64,000 nt of DNA, taken from positions 8,454-72,453 of the forward strand of contig CACODE010000002.1 in the NCBI GenBank assembly GCA_902625885.1. The letters are read 5' to 3'. Under the pieces are notes generated by a model. That model was not told where the DNA came from and did not search any database. It was given only the letters and a program-made list of their open reading frames with translations. Both the position numbers and the translations under genes were made by a program. Of the stretch, positions 18,543 through 27,398 are shown piece by piece. Source of the stretch: an uncultured Candidatus Poseidoniales archaeon. Lineage in GTDB: Archaea > Thermoplasmatota > Poseidoniia > Poseidoniales > Poseidoniaceae. Each line of letters begins with the position of its first letter. Position 1 is the first letter of the stretch.

Positions 18543-18781
18543 ACCTGGAAAGGTGCAAGGTTGAGACGTTCGGCGAGATGGTCAACATCGACATCAACCG
18601 CTTGTTTCATTCGATCTCGCAAGGTGTCTATTTCGCCTTTCATTTTCAACATCTTGTGGGTTCTTATCATTTCAGCCAAGAGGTCGTTGACGCTCTTGTG
18701 GCCTCCAGCTGTTCGCAAGGTGTTCAATTGGCGTCGAATCTCATAACTCACGCTTACCGACGTCATCCCTTCTGCAGTCAT
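18539..18781 (-). CDS. Ribbon-helix-helix-like small DNA-binding protein (antitoxin-like or ParG-like)
   Basis: 80 aa. TSVSVSYEIRRQLNTLRTAGGHKSVNDLLAEMIRTHK fits the strand-helix-helix pattern of CopG/Arc/VapB-type proteins. It lies directly downstream of parA. Confidence 0.45.
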   Translation of the reverse strand: MTAEGMTSVSVSYEIRRQLNTLRTAGGHKSVNDLLAEMIRTHKMLKMKGEIDTLRDRMKQAVDVDVDHLAERLNLAPFQV

Positions 18782-18884
18782 AGGTCAACCCGAACGGTGT
18801 TCCATCCCGGCCTGTACTTAACCCATACGAAGGGTTGAGAGGTAACCACGGCGGTTTTGTCGTGCAACCGAAGCGGTCGAAACA

Positions 18885-19853
18885 TCAGCGAATGCTTCGT
18901 TCCCGTCGTAGACGGGATTCTTCAACAACACCGAATTCACGCCGAACCTCCAAAACTCGCCGATGCACCTCCTTTGCAAGCGTCCAATATTCGAGACTCC
19001 CCGCCCCGGCGCCTGAATTGGTAGGTTTGTTGAGGATAACGGTAGGTGCGCCACTCCATGGCGCTTCGGCGACCTTGGCGAGCCGGCGGACCGTTGTGTT
19101 GAACAGTTTATTCGGCATTTTCTTGTTGACCTGATCGCAGACGTAGGTGCTCAGTTTGGAACGACCGTCAACCATCGTCATCACGATACCGAATATCTTC
19201 AGGTTCCGATTGATCCTACGTTGAATCATCTTGATCGAATTCATGAGCATGCTGAAGCCTTCGAGGGCGTAATACTCGGCCTGTACGGGGACCAAGACCC
19301 AATTTGCAGCGCACATGGCGTTGATTGACAACAGACCGAGTGAGGGCGGTGTATCGATGATGATGTAATCAAACTCGTCCATGATAGGCAGGAGGGCTTC
19401 CTGCAGTCGGGTTTCCCTTCCAATCTTATGGCTGAGTTCTATTTCGGCCCCAGAGAGGTGGATATCGCTTGGCAAGATCCACAGGTTTCCGGCGTCGATG
19501 GTGTCCGGGACTTTCTTGCCCCCGTTACGGTTGCTCCATGCTTCTCGCATCGCTTTTGTGATCTCCTCGGGCGGAATGAGGTATTCCTCCATCAGCGGCA
19601 ACGCTTCGCCCCCATCGTTGGTGAGAAGGTCGTAAACGGTCTTCTTGATTTTTTTCTTTTCCAGACCGAACGAAGTGGCGCAGTTGCCTTGCGGGTCGAG
19701 GTCGACGAGGAGAACTTTCGCCGGTGGCAATCCTTGACGTCGCGAACCTTTTGCGAGGGCGGCAGCAACGTTAACGGCCGTGGTGGTTTTGGCACAACCG
19801 CCCTTCTGGTTTGCAACGGCGATGACCATTTTGTAAGGGTTCATGGCTTGCAA
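18885..19853 (-). CDS. parA: ParA/Soj-family partition ATPase (extended)
   Basis: Deviant Walker A (VANQKGGCAKTTT), DLDPQGN, and IIIDTPPSLG Walker B. 322 aa with an internal ~50-aa insertion and a basic C-terminal extension. Confidence 0.8.
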   Translation of the reverse strand: MQAMNPYKMVIAVANQKGGCAKTTTAVNVAAALAKGSRRQGLPPAKVLLVDLDPQGNCATSFGLEKKKIKKTVYDLLTNDGGEALPLMEEYLIPPEEITKAMREAWSNRNGGKKVPDTIDAGNLWILPSDIHLSGAEIELSHKIGRETRLQEALLPIMDEFDYIIIDTPPSLGLLSINAMCAANWVLVPVQAEYYALEGFSMLMNSIKMIQRRINRNLKIFGIVMTMVDGRSKLSTYVCDQVNKKMPNKLFNTTVRRLAKVAEAPWSGAPTVILNKPTNSGAGAGSLEYWTLAKEVHRRVLEVRREFGVVEESRLRRERSIR

Positions 19854-19913
19854 CTCCGGTAGATTCAGCAGAAAGGACTTCCCCTTTCAATGCAGGCCTC
19901 GTTTTTGCCACAA

Positions 19914-20915
19914 TCAAGCCGGTTGGATGACAGGAACGGGGACTTCGGACAGGATCTTTCGAACGATGTGCATGCCCGTTATGCCGCGAATTTTTGCCTC
20001 AGGCTTCATGTTGATACGGTGCGAGATGATCTGAAGAGCGATGCCCTTGATGTCGTCTGGAATCACGTAGTTCCGTCCGGCCACGGCGGCGGCGGCTCGG
20101 CCGGTTTTGAAGAGGGCTTGGCTGGCCCTTGGACTCGCGCCGTTGATGACACGGTGATCTTCGCGGGTTCGCTGAACAATCTCAATGATGTAAGAAAGAA
20201 TGGCGGGGTCCACGTGAACGGTTTCCAGGGCTTTTTGCATAGCGACGACCTTCTTTGGTGATGTCACTTGCTCGACCACGTGTTCGTCCTGGCCTCTCAA
20301 CTTCCGACGGGCGAGGATGGCTTTTTCTTCAGCTCGGTCTGGATAACCCATGCTCATTTTCATCAGGAAACGGTCCATCTGTGCCTCAGGGAGCGGGTAG
20401 GTTCCTTCCTGCTCAATGGGGTTCTGGGTCGCCAACACGACGAAGGGCGCCGGCAATTTGTGCGTGATGCCCTCAATGGTCACTTGCTTCTCTTCCATAG
20501 CCTCCAGCAGCGCAGCTTGGGTTTTGGGCGGCGCTCGGTTGATTTCGTCCGCCAAGAGAATGTTTGAGAAAAGAGGCCCAGCACGAAGCTTGAATTCACC
20601 CGATTTCTGGTCGTACATGTACGTACCCATGATGTCAGAGGGTAGCAGGTCAGGTGTGAACTGAACTCGCTTAAACTTGCAGCCAAGAGCACGGGCAAAG
20701 GTGTTGGCGAGGAGGGTTTTTGCAAGACCGGGGAAGTCCTCGAGAAGCATGTTACCGTTTGACAAAATACCGACCGTCACACGGCGCAGGTTCTCATTTT
20801 TCCCGATAATGACCTTGCTGACTTCGTTCATCAGGCTGTTGGATATGGCGGAAACGGTGGCGATCAGGTCTTGGGTACGAGCGCCACCTGCGTTTCCTTG
20901 CATAGTTGCTTCCAT
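19914..20915 (-). CDS. MoxR-like AAA+ ATPase
   Basis: LLEDFPGLAKT Walker A variant, ILLADEINRAPPKTQAALLEAMEE, VLATQNPIEQEGTYPLPEAQMDRF. The track ORF extends to 20993; ATG 20915 or 20903 fits the family N-terminus better. Confidence 0.85.
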   Translation of the reverse strand: MEATMQGNAGGARTQDLIATVSAISNSLMNEVSKVIIGKNENLRRVTVGILSNGNMLLEDFPGLAKTLLANTFARALGCKFKRVQFTPDLLPSDIMGTYMYDQKSGEFKLRAGPLFSNILLADEINRAPPKTQAALLEAMEEKQVTIEGITHKLPAPFVVLATQNPIEQEGTYPLPEAQMDRFLMKMSMGYPDRAEEKAILARRKLRGQDEHVVEQVTSPKKVVAMQKALETVHVDPAILSYIIEIVQRTREDHRVINGASPRASQALFKTGRAAAAVAGRNYVIPDDIKGIALQIISHRINMKPEAKIRGITGMHIVRKILSEVPVPVIQPA

Positions 20916-21016
20916 CACAAGACCTCGTTCTGATGCGAATGTCCTGTCATATCTTATATGAATGTGCGCGCATTCTCTATCAAAAATGCTCATCCAAGCA
21001 TCAACGAATTCCCGGG

Positions 21017-22945
21017 TTAACGACCCCAGAAATGGTTGTCTTTTCGATGGAGGGCAACAATCTCAGCCAGAATCTCCTCTTCGATGGGCGTCAGGCCAAC
21101 TCGCTTCAGACGCTTAACGTGGCGCTCAGGCACATCGACATAGAATTCATCCAGTTCTTCGATGTGCCTGCCGACGGTGGGTCCTTGAACAGCAACCGCA
21201 ATTTCGTCCCCCTGAGTGGCTTCTTTGACGTCCTCGCTGGCCCGTGTTCGTAGACTTTTCACCTGACCAACGGGGGTGCCGTCGAGTTTCATGAGCCGCT
21301 GACCGACATGAATTCGTCCACCAAGCACGCGCATGCCGACGATGGCCGGTCCTTTGGCTCGGAACGTGTGGTCCTTGAGATAGAGGACCTTACCCGGATA
21401 GACAATCGTTTCCCGTTGTTCCTCTTCAATCGCTGCTTTGGTGGCTTCTTGCCATTCCTCAAAGGCGTCCATGATGTGGTAAATGATCGGCCCGGAAAGG
21501 AACTTGACATCACCGTCGTCTTCCTCAAGTTGGCTAGCCACGTCGCTGGTGCTGGCTTTGGTTGAAAAACCGAGAATGACTTTTTGCAAGGGGTCCGTGG
21601 CCGACTTCGCCATGAGGATGTCTTTTTTGTTCACGGGGCCAACCGTGGCTTGCCTGACGGGAATGTTTCGCTGATGCAATTCAAAGGCGAGAGCCTCAAG
21701 ACCGCCCACCGTATCGGCTTTGATGACCACGCCTGAGCGGTTCTCCTCTGCGCCTTTGCAGGGACCCGAGGCCGTGTGTTCCTGGAAATCCTGCCGAGCA
21801 AAAATGCTGTTGCAGGATGAACACATGACCGGCATCGTGTTGAAGACGGCGCGCCACTCCTCGCGTATGGCCTCTTCGGCCAACTCACGCTCCTCGGACG
21901 TGTTGGCAAGGTGCAGCGTTGTCCCGGCAATGGTCGCCTCCAACTTTGGCGCCACGATCTTGACGCCGCACGCTGCTTCAACGCTGTCAAAATTGACCCA
22001 ACGTTTCCCAGCGTCCCTCATCTCGGCCATGCCTTGAGGTCGCTTTAGACCCTTGATGTGCGTGGTAAACGGCCCGTCCTGTCCAGCCAGCATGATGGTG
22101 TCACCAACCCTGAGCGAACCACGGAAGAGAATCACATCAACGGTTTTCCCCATACCAACCTCATCTCGCATTTCCAGAACCGTCCCTTGTGCCGACCCGA
22201 GCGTATCGGTGAGGCGATCCTCAAGGAACCGTTCCGCCAACCCAACCGTGACAGCGAGCAGGTCCTGAAGGCCCTCGCCTTCCTTGGCAGACATCGGTAC
22301 CAACGCCACGTTTTGCCGGAAATCTCGTATCTGGTCGTAGCGTTCCAAGTTGAAACCGTGTTCAGAGAACTGGCCAACAGTCTTCCAATAACGCTCTTCA
22401 AACAACGCCTGCACGTCTTCCCGTTGAGATGAGAACGATTCAATGAACGAACGCCCCTTCTCGCATCGCCATCCGTGGAGGCGGTCCACCTTGTTGCCAG
22501 CGATGACAAACGGTGTTCGCGTTTCTTTCAGGATGTTGAGCGATTCGATGGTCTGCGGTTGCAACCCTTCCATGATGTCAACCACGAGAACCGCAATGTC
22601 CGCAACAGAGCCCCCTCTGTTTCTCAACGAAGCGAAAGAGTGGTGCCCTGGCGTATCAATAAACAGCAAACCAGGGGATTTGAACTGCTTGCCGCCCAAC
22701 ATGGCGGCGCATGTTTCGTTCAACACGTCGGCCGGCACTTCGGTGGCCCCAATGTGTTGGGTGATGCCGCCCGCCTCACGGTCCATGACGCTGGCTTGCC
22801 GTTGACTGCCGATGGAGCGAACCATGTCGAGGAGGCTGGTTTTGCCGTGATCTACATGCCCCAATACCGAAACAATGGGTTGTCGGTTATGGCCTCGTTG
22901 TGGGGCATCTTCATCCGAAGATTCACCAACCACATCATCGGTCAT
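21017..22945 (-). CDS. infB: Translation initiation factor aIF5B (IF-2)
   Basis: GHVDHGKTSLLD, DTPGH and NKVD GTPase motifs. VVIKADTVGGLEAL marks domain III. Sits in the conserved archaeal position after ndk. Confidence 0.9.
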   Translation of the reverse strand: MTDDVVGESSDEDAPQRGHNRQPIVSVLGHVDHGKTSLLDMVRSIGSQRQASVMDREAGGITQHIGATEVPADVLNETCAAMLGGKQFKSPGLLFIDTPGHHSFASLRNRGGSVADIAVLVVDIMEGLQPQTIESLNILKETRTPFVIAGNKVDRLHGWRCEKGRSFIESFSSQREDVQALFEERYWKTVGQFSEHGFNLERYDQIRDFRQNVALVPMSAKEGEGLQDLLAVTVGLAERFLEDRLTDTLGSAQGTVLEMRDEVGMGKTVDVILFRGSLRVGDTIMLAGQDGPFTTHIKGLKRPQGMAEMRDAGKRWVNFDSVEAACGVKIVAPKLEATIAGTTLHLANTSEERELAEEAIREEWRAVFNTMPVMCSSCNSIFARQDFQEHTASGPCKGAEENRSGVVIKADTVGGLEALAFELHQRNIPVRQATVGPVNKKDILMAKSATDPLQKVILGFSTKASTSDVASQLEEDDGDVKFLSGPIIYHIMDAFEEWQEATKAAIEEEQRETIVYPGKVLYLKDHTFRAKGPAIVGMRVLGGRIHVGQRLMKLDGTPVGQVKSLRTRASEDVKEATQGDEIAVAVQGPTVGRHIEELDEFYVDVPERHVKRLKRVGLTPIEEEILAEIVALHRKDNHFWGR

Positions 22946-22979
22946 GGATTCACCACCGAAGCAAGGGTGTTATGAGGAT

Positions 22980-23435
22980 TCACTCGTAAACCCAGTTGCC
23001 GATGGTGTTCTCCCAAGACATCAAGCCCTCGGGGAACCACAGCCCGAGCTCGAAAGCAGCCGTCTCGGGGGCATCAGATCCGTGAATCATGTTGTAGCCC
23101 ATGTCCATCCCAAAGTCGCCCCGGATGGTACCCGGGTCTGCGTTGCGACCGTTTGTTGCGCCGATGAGCTTGCGGGCTACGGCAATGGCTTCCACGCCTT
23201 CCCATGCCATGCAGACGACGGGGCCTGAGGTGACGAACTTGATGAGGCCGGGAAAGAAGGGGCGCTCCTTGTGAACATCGTAGTGAGCGCGAGCGATGTC
23301 TTCGGTTGGCACCATGGCTTTCAGACCGACCAGCTTCAGGCCTTTTCGTTCAAATCGGCCAATGATTTCGCTGATGAGGCCTCGCTGCACGCCGTCCGGT
23401 TTGATCATTACGTATGTCGTTTCCATGGTGTTCAC
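22980..23435 (-). CDS. ndk: Nucleoside diphosphate kinase
   Basis: [20 protein letters not shown] active-site His, 151 aa. Confidence 0.9.
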   Translation of the reverse strand: MNTMETTYVMIKPDGVQRGLISEIIGRFERKGLKLVGLKAMVPTEDIARAHYDVHKERPFFPGLIKFVTSGPVVCMAWEGVEAIAVARKLIGATNGRNADPGTIRGDFGMDMGYNMIHGSDAPETAAFELGLWFPEGLMSWENTIGNWVYE

Positions 23436-23498
23436 CGTGTTGGTCCAAAAGTGGCCTGTTTATTGCCGTTGCTGTGGGTCTGCGAGGCGTTGTGCGCT

Positions 23499-23690
23499 TC
23501 ACTGAATGCCGCCCTTGACGTAATGTCGAGTCCACTTGACTCGACGGGCGTTTCGCTTCAAGTTGAGAAGGTTCTTTCGAGCCTTGCTGCTCTTGAACCA
23601 AAGGACGCTGCCGTCCTTGCGGACGAACATCATGCCGGTACCCGGTTCGATCTCCTCACCGGTAAAATTGCAAATTCGTCGTTCTGGCAT
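23499..23690 (-). CDS. rpl24e: 50S ribosomal protein L24e
   Basis: CNFTGEEIEPGTGMMFVRKDGSVLWFKSSKARKN, 63 aa. Confidence 0.9.
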   Translation of the reverse strand: MPERRICNFTGEEIEPGTGMMFVRKDGSVLWFKSSKARKNLLNLKRNARRVKWTRHYVKGGIQ

Positions 23691-23696
23691 GTTGCA

Positions 23697-23930
23697 TCAC
23701 CGTGCGTTGAGCTTGCGGGCTTCACGACCCGTGTCCTTGAGCATCAAAATGTCGCCAACCCGAATGGGTCCCACGACGTTTCTGCTGATGATACGGCCAA
23801 CGTCCCGAGGGTTCGGAGCGTCGTTGACACGCACCTTGACTTGAGTGGCCTCACCGGTCATACCGGTTCGTCCGACGATCTCGACCACTTCTGCTGGCCA
23901 TCCACCAAGTTCTTCACTCATGTTAATCAT
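23697..23930 (-). CDS. rps28e: 30S ribosomal protein S28e
   Basis: [23 protein letters not shown]...[21 protein letters not shown]. The start may be ATG 23921. Confidence 0.9.
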   Translation of the reverse strand: MINMSEELGGWPAEVVEIVGRTGMTGEATQVKVRVNDAPNPRDVGRIISRNVVGPIRVGDILMLKDTGREARKLNAR

Positions 23931-23944
23931 CTCTGGATTGGTCT

Positions 23945-24319
23945 TCAGGCGTTCTTGAGGCCTTTGATTTCCTCAACAACTTCGTGAAATTTCTCTTGAG
24001 CGCCTTTGGTGATTTCCATGACGGCGACCGATGCAGCGGAAGCGCCTTTGGCAAGGCCCACGCCTTTGGCGAGGAACTCTTGACTGGGGACGTAGCCGTA
24101 GGGGATGTCTTTCTCTTCACAGATCAAAGGAATGTGAGCAAGGAGCTCTGGCGGGTTCACGTCCTCAGCGAGGATGATGAACTGGGCCGTGCCGCGCTCG
24201 GCGGCCTTGGTAACCTCGTTGCTTCCTTTCTTGACTCGACCGTTTTTGTTGAGGTCGATCATTTCGTAAATTTTGTTGGCTAGGTCTTCTGGGGTTTCAA
24301 ATTGCACGTGTACACTCAT
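23945..24319 (-). CDS. rpl7ae: 50S ribosomal protein L7Ae
   Basis: [51 protein letters not shown] 24319 is preceded by ggaaggagag. The track start 24382 adds an unlikely 21-aa extension. Confidence 0.9.
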   Translation of the reverse strand: MSVHVQFETPEDLANKIYEMIDLNKNGRVKKGSNEVTKAAERGTAQFIILAEDVNPPELLAHIPLICEEKDIPYGYVPSQEFLAKGVGLAKGASAASVAVMEITKGAQEKFHEVVEEIKGLKNA

Positions 24320-24370
24320 TGGAATCTCTCCTTCCTCGTGATAGGGGCATGCCTCCGCAGGACCTCGCGG

Positions 24371-24377
24371 ATATAAA
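24371..24377 (-). promoter_or_regulatory. Candidate TATA box for the rpl7ae operon
   Basis: tttatat on the minus strand, about 52-58 nt upstream of ATG 24319. Confidence 0.3.
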
Positions 24378-24446
24378 CGCAACGGAATGGGTGCGGGCGA
24401 GGTAAACGCACCGGTTTGGTTTGAAAGCCGTTCAGTGGCCCTTTTT

Positions 24447-25412
24447 TCACGGTTTCAGGCCCAAAGTGTCCATTACTTCGTAAACGCCACGGGCAAGCGC
24501 CGGACCGCCAGATATGACGTCGCGTGCATTCGGTAGCGAACCGGTTGCATGAACGCCGTCAACATACCTGAGCAAGCGGGCGATGGCCCCGCCGGTGAAC
24601 AAACCGTGACTGCAGGCCGCGTGAACCTCAATGGCTCCTTGCCCTCGTAGCGCCTCTGCGGCCCGACAGATGGTTCCGCCGGTGGCGATCATGTCGTCCA
24701 CAATGGCCACGGATTTCCCTGAAACATCCAAGTTCTTCGCTTTGTGAACGATGGTGTGAGCATCGATACGTGTTTTCTCCAGGTACGAAAATTCGCAACC
24801 AATTTGATGAGCGACGCTCGATGCTCGCTCGATGGCGCCTTTGTCCGGCGAGAGAATGAAGTCAGGATCAACCGTCTCTTTGAGGTGGTTGGCCAATTCC
24901 GGCATCGCCGAGGTAAACGCCACAGGGATGGGCATCGCCTCCAGCACCGCCGGTGCGTGCAAATCAAACAACACCATGGCGTCGCACCGGGTGGCCAACA
25001 TCTCGGCAATCGCCCTTGCTGAAATCGACTCGCCGGGCTTGAATCGTTTGTCTTGCCTTGAGTAGCCAAAATAAGGAATCGCCAAAATGACGCCTTTTCC
25101 TACTTCAGGGAGGGTCTGAGGGCCAATTTCTCGTAAATTCTGCAAACGGCCGTTTCGGACATCCTGAATGGCGTCCAACATCAACAAAGTTTCAACGATG
25201 CCTGAATCAGGGAAGGTGTTGGAAACCAGCACGACTGGTTCGCTGCGTAGCGCCTCAATGGTTTCGGACGGTATGCGAATGTAGCCTTCCGTGTCTGGAA
25301 AGCGTCGCGTCTCGAGCGGGTGGTGGGCCCACCCAAGAGTTTCTGCGAGCTGACCGGCCATCGTGCCTGCGTTGCTGCCCGAAACGACGACCATCTTCTC
25401 CCCTTGGTGCAT
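24447..25412 (-). CDS. prs: Ribose-phosphate pyrophosphokinase
   Basis: VAIVDDMIATGGT PRPP-binding loop, YFGYSRQDKRF, 321 aa. Confidence 0.85.
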   Translation of the reverse strand: MHQGEKMVVVSGSNAGTMAGQLAETLGWAHHPLETRRFPDTEGYIRIPSETIEALRSEPVVLVSNTFPDSGIVETLLMLDAIQDVRNGRLQNLREIGPQTLPEVGKGVILAIPYFGYSRQDKRFKPGESISARAIAEMLATRCDAMVLFDLHAPAVLEAMPIPVAFTSAMPELANHLKETVDPDFILSPDKGAIERASSVAHQIGCEFSYLEKTRIDAHTIVHKAKNLDVSGKSVAIVDDMIATGGTICRAAEALRGQGAIEVHAACSHGLFTGGAIARLLRYVDGVHATGSLPNARDVISGGPALARGVYEVMDTLGLKP

Positions 25413-25462
25413 TCCAATGGTTGGCCCTTCATTTTCTTTGCGAGGCGGGTAATCCGTCAGTG

Positions 25463-25539
25463 TGGTGCGCGAGGCAGGACTTGAACCTGCGACCTCCCGG
25501 TTATCAGCCGGGTGCTCTAACCGACTAAGCCACCCGCGC
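25463..25539 (-). tRNA. tRNA-Ile (anticodon GAU), CCA encoded
   Basis: Hand-folded cloverleaf: acceptor GCGCGGG/CTCGCGC, D-arm GCTT..GAGC, anticodon stem CCCGG/CCGGG with loop CTGATAA, T-arm GCAGG-TTCAAGT-CCTGC, discriminator A plus CCA. No intron. Confidence 0.85.
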
Positions 25540-25613
25540 TAGGGTAACTTGCCGACTTGACATCCCGTCATAAGCATGACGGCTCAGATGAGCACCGCAA
25601 AACGGTGGGCGAT

Positions 25614-26198
25614 TCACTCCTCTTCCATGTTGTTGATCGTGATGTACGACGGTAACTGCATGACTTTCTCGAACGTCCGTGAGAGAACAACCTCGTCCAG
25701 TCGCTCTCGAGTGCGAGCAAGCGCCGTAATCGGTATGCGAATCTGCTCTTCAACGCCAAACTCCATCTGCATGCGCATTCGGGTTGTGACGATGACACCC
25801 TTGTAGGTTCGCTTGACCCTAAAGAGCCCCGTAATCACGCCAATTTCTTCGCCCTGGTTGTCCAAGACGGCTCGGTCGAGCATCTCATCCGGTGCGTACA
25901 GCTTTTCATCAATGCGAACGGTGTTGCGCCACCGACGCTGCAGTTCACGCATGGATTTTGACAGTTTGACCGTCCCATCTCCACGAATGCTGTGGACCAA
26001 CTCTTTCGGGAGCGGCGCCAATTCCGCAGGTTTTCGCATGTATTCGTCAGCAACTTCCGGGGCCACTTGTATCCGCATGGATTTCACGCGAGCCTCGTTT
26101 GGGTGGTGTCGTTCACCCACAATCGTTCCTACTTTCTTATCGTTGACATAGACATCGCGTTGGATTAACTCCTGGATGTCGTAATCTGTATTTTTCAT
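25614..26198 (-). CDS. Hypothetical protein with two PRC-barrel-like modules
   Basis: Segments DVYVNDKKVGTIVGE and AVLDNQGEEIGVITGLF resemble PRC-barrel strands. The internal ATG (MKNTDYD) is preferred because the ORF upstream of it (to 26393) runs through AT-rich, promoter-like sequence. Confidence 0.4.
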   Translation of the reverse strand: MKNTDYDIQELIQRDVYVNDKKVGTIVGERHHPNEARVKSMRIQVAPEVADEYMRKPAELAPLPKELVHSIRGDGTVKLSKSMRELQRRWRNTVRIDEKLYAPDEMLDRAVLDNQGEEIGVITGLFRVKRTYKGVIVTTRMRMQMEFGVEEQIRIPITALARTRERLDEVVLSRTFEKVMQLPSYITINNMEEE

Positions 26199-26606
26199 TT
26201 CCCATCTCTCCTTGCCGATTTTTCGGCTTAGCCTACTGTCCACCTCGGCACCTAATATATTCTTCGCCGAATAAAATATCATTTCCAATTGTATTTGACG
26301 CATAATTGTATGCTCAACCAATTGAAATATAGAAATAAATTTACTTTCCAATGTCGCATAACGCGCATCTTTTCCTATTGGAATCCCCACCATAATCCGG
26401 AAAGGTTGAATTTACATTGCAGTTGAAAATAAAGGATTTGAGCGATCTGCGCGTTACCGTTCGGACTCCACCCCTTTTTTTCTCAAATTATGAAATATTC
26501 AATTGGAATTTGCATATAATTGGCGTATTTTGACGAGCGGCGATGCCAAAAGACGCAGACAAGTTTCGTTGGTAGCGTTGATGAAGCAGGTTATGAAGGG
26601 CGTAAC

Positions 26607-27398
26607 ATGGCCCCAGCGTGCGTCTTGACTGCACCCGATCACGCGCTGGCACAGGCCCTGTTGTCTCGTGGAATGTTGGACGGGTTGACGTTTTTCGTGT
26701 CGCAAGACCGACTGGCAGCGGTTCAAGAACGATCCGTAATGAAACAACACGCCGACCCAACCGCTCTTCAGGGCTACAAAACCGACCCCGGTGACGCTTT
26801 GTTTCTGAGTTTCGAGGACATGCCTTCCCAAATCGATGTGCCCGATGGAGCGAGGCACATGGTGGTTGGTTTTGGAGAAGGAGAGGGAAGCCCTGAATTG
26901 GAAAGTATCAACGTTCGCATCCACGACATGCTCCCACCCCTCCCGAATTCACGAGATTCGACCATGTTTCACTCTTGGATGGAAACAAGTCTGCGCGACG
27001 AGGTGCCTGAAATCCATCCCAGCGAACGCTTTTGGTTTGACATCAACGATGCGGTCACTGCCCTTATTGAGCTGATAAAAGGCCAACCTGACACCGCAAC
27101 ATACAACCTCGCCGGCAGAAGAGGATGGACCCTTGAAGAAACATGGACAGAATTCCATCCCCTTGTGCAGAGGACCAAGGCCGGTCAGCACGGTGCGTTT
27201 GCTATTGAACATCTCGTTGCTCGGGGGTTGCCCTCGGTGAGCGTAAAAGAAATCACTGATAGCGGCCATAACCAGCGGCCGTCGCTTTCCAGCATCCATG
27301 CCTATCTCGAAAAAGCGACTGGTGAGGGTTGGCGGCCGAAAACGCCCCTCCGACAGAGCCTGATGCTCGTCATTGCAGATCTGAATCAGGCACTGTAA
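26607..27398 (+). CDS. Degenerate NAD-dependent epimerase/dehydratase (extended SDR)-like protein
   Basis: The C-terminal half resembles epimerases (FWFDINDAVTALIELIKG, YNLAGRRGWTLEE, RPSLSSIHAYLEKATGEGWRPKTPL). The N-terminus CVLTAPDHALAQALLSRG lacks the GxxGxxG dinucleotide loop. The track start TTG 26520 is unlikely. Confidence 0.4.
   Translation: MAPACVLTAPDHALAQALLSRGMLDGLTFFVSQDRLAAVQERSVMKQHADPTALQGYKTDPGDALFLSFEDMPSQIDVPDGARHMVVGFGEGEGSPELESINVRIHDMLPPLPNSRDSTMFHSWMETSLRDEVPEIHPSERFWFDINDAVTALIELIKGQPDTATYNLAGRRGWTLEETWTEFHPLVQRTKAGQHGAFAIEHLVARGLPSVSVKEITDSGHNQRPSLSSIHAYLEKATGEGWRPKTPLRQSLMLVIADLNQAL

Noticed and set aside
18398-18838. 146-aa and 106-aa + strand ORFs
   Set aside because: They lie antisense to the coupled 80-aa/87-aa genes downstream of parA. 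They have no start context and are arginine/serine-rich. The minus-strand pair shows 4-nt translational coupling.
24320-24382. N-terminal extension of L7Ae, and a possible K-turn autoregulatory element in its leader
   Set aside because: The extension (MRLYPRGPAEACPYHEEGEIP) precedes a good SD plus ATG at 24319 and is not L7Ae-like. I looked for a kink-turn (tandem sheared G-A next to a 3-nt bulge) in the roughly 30-nt leader but could not establish one by eye.
26199-26393. 65-codon upstream extension of ORF 25614..26393, and the TTG 26520 start of the opposite ORF
   Set aside because: Both extensions run through AT-rich repeat-bearing intergenic DNA, with atypical amino-acid composition. Internal ATGs give sensible N-termini.
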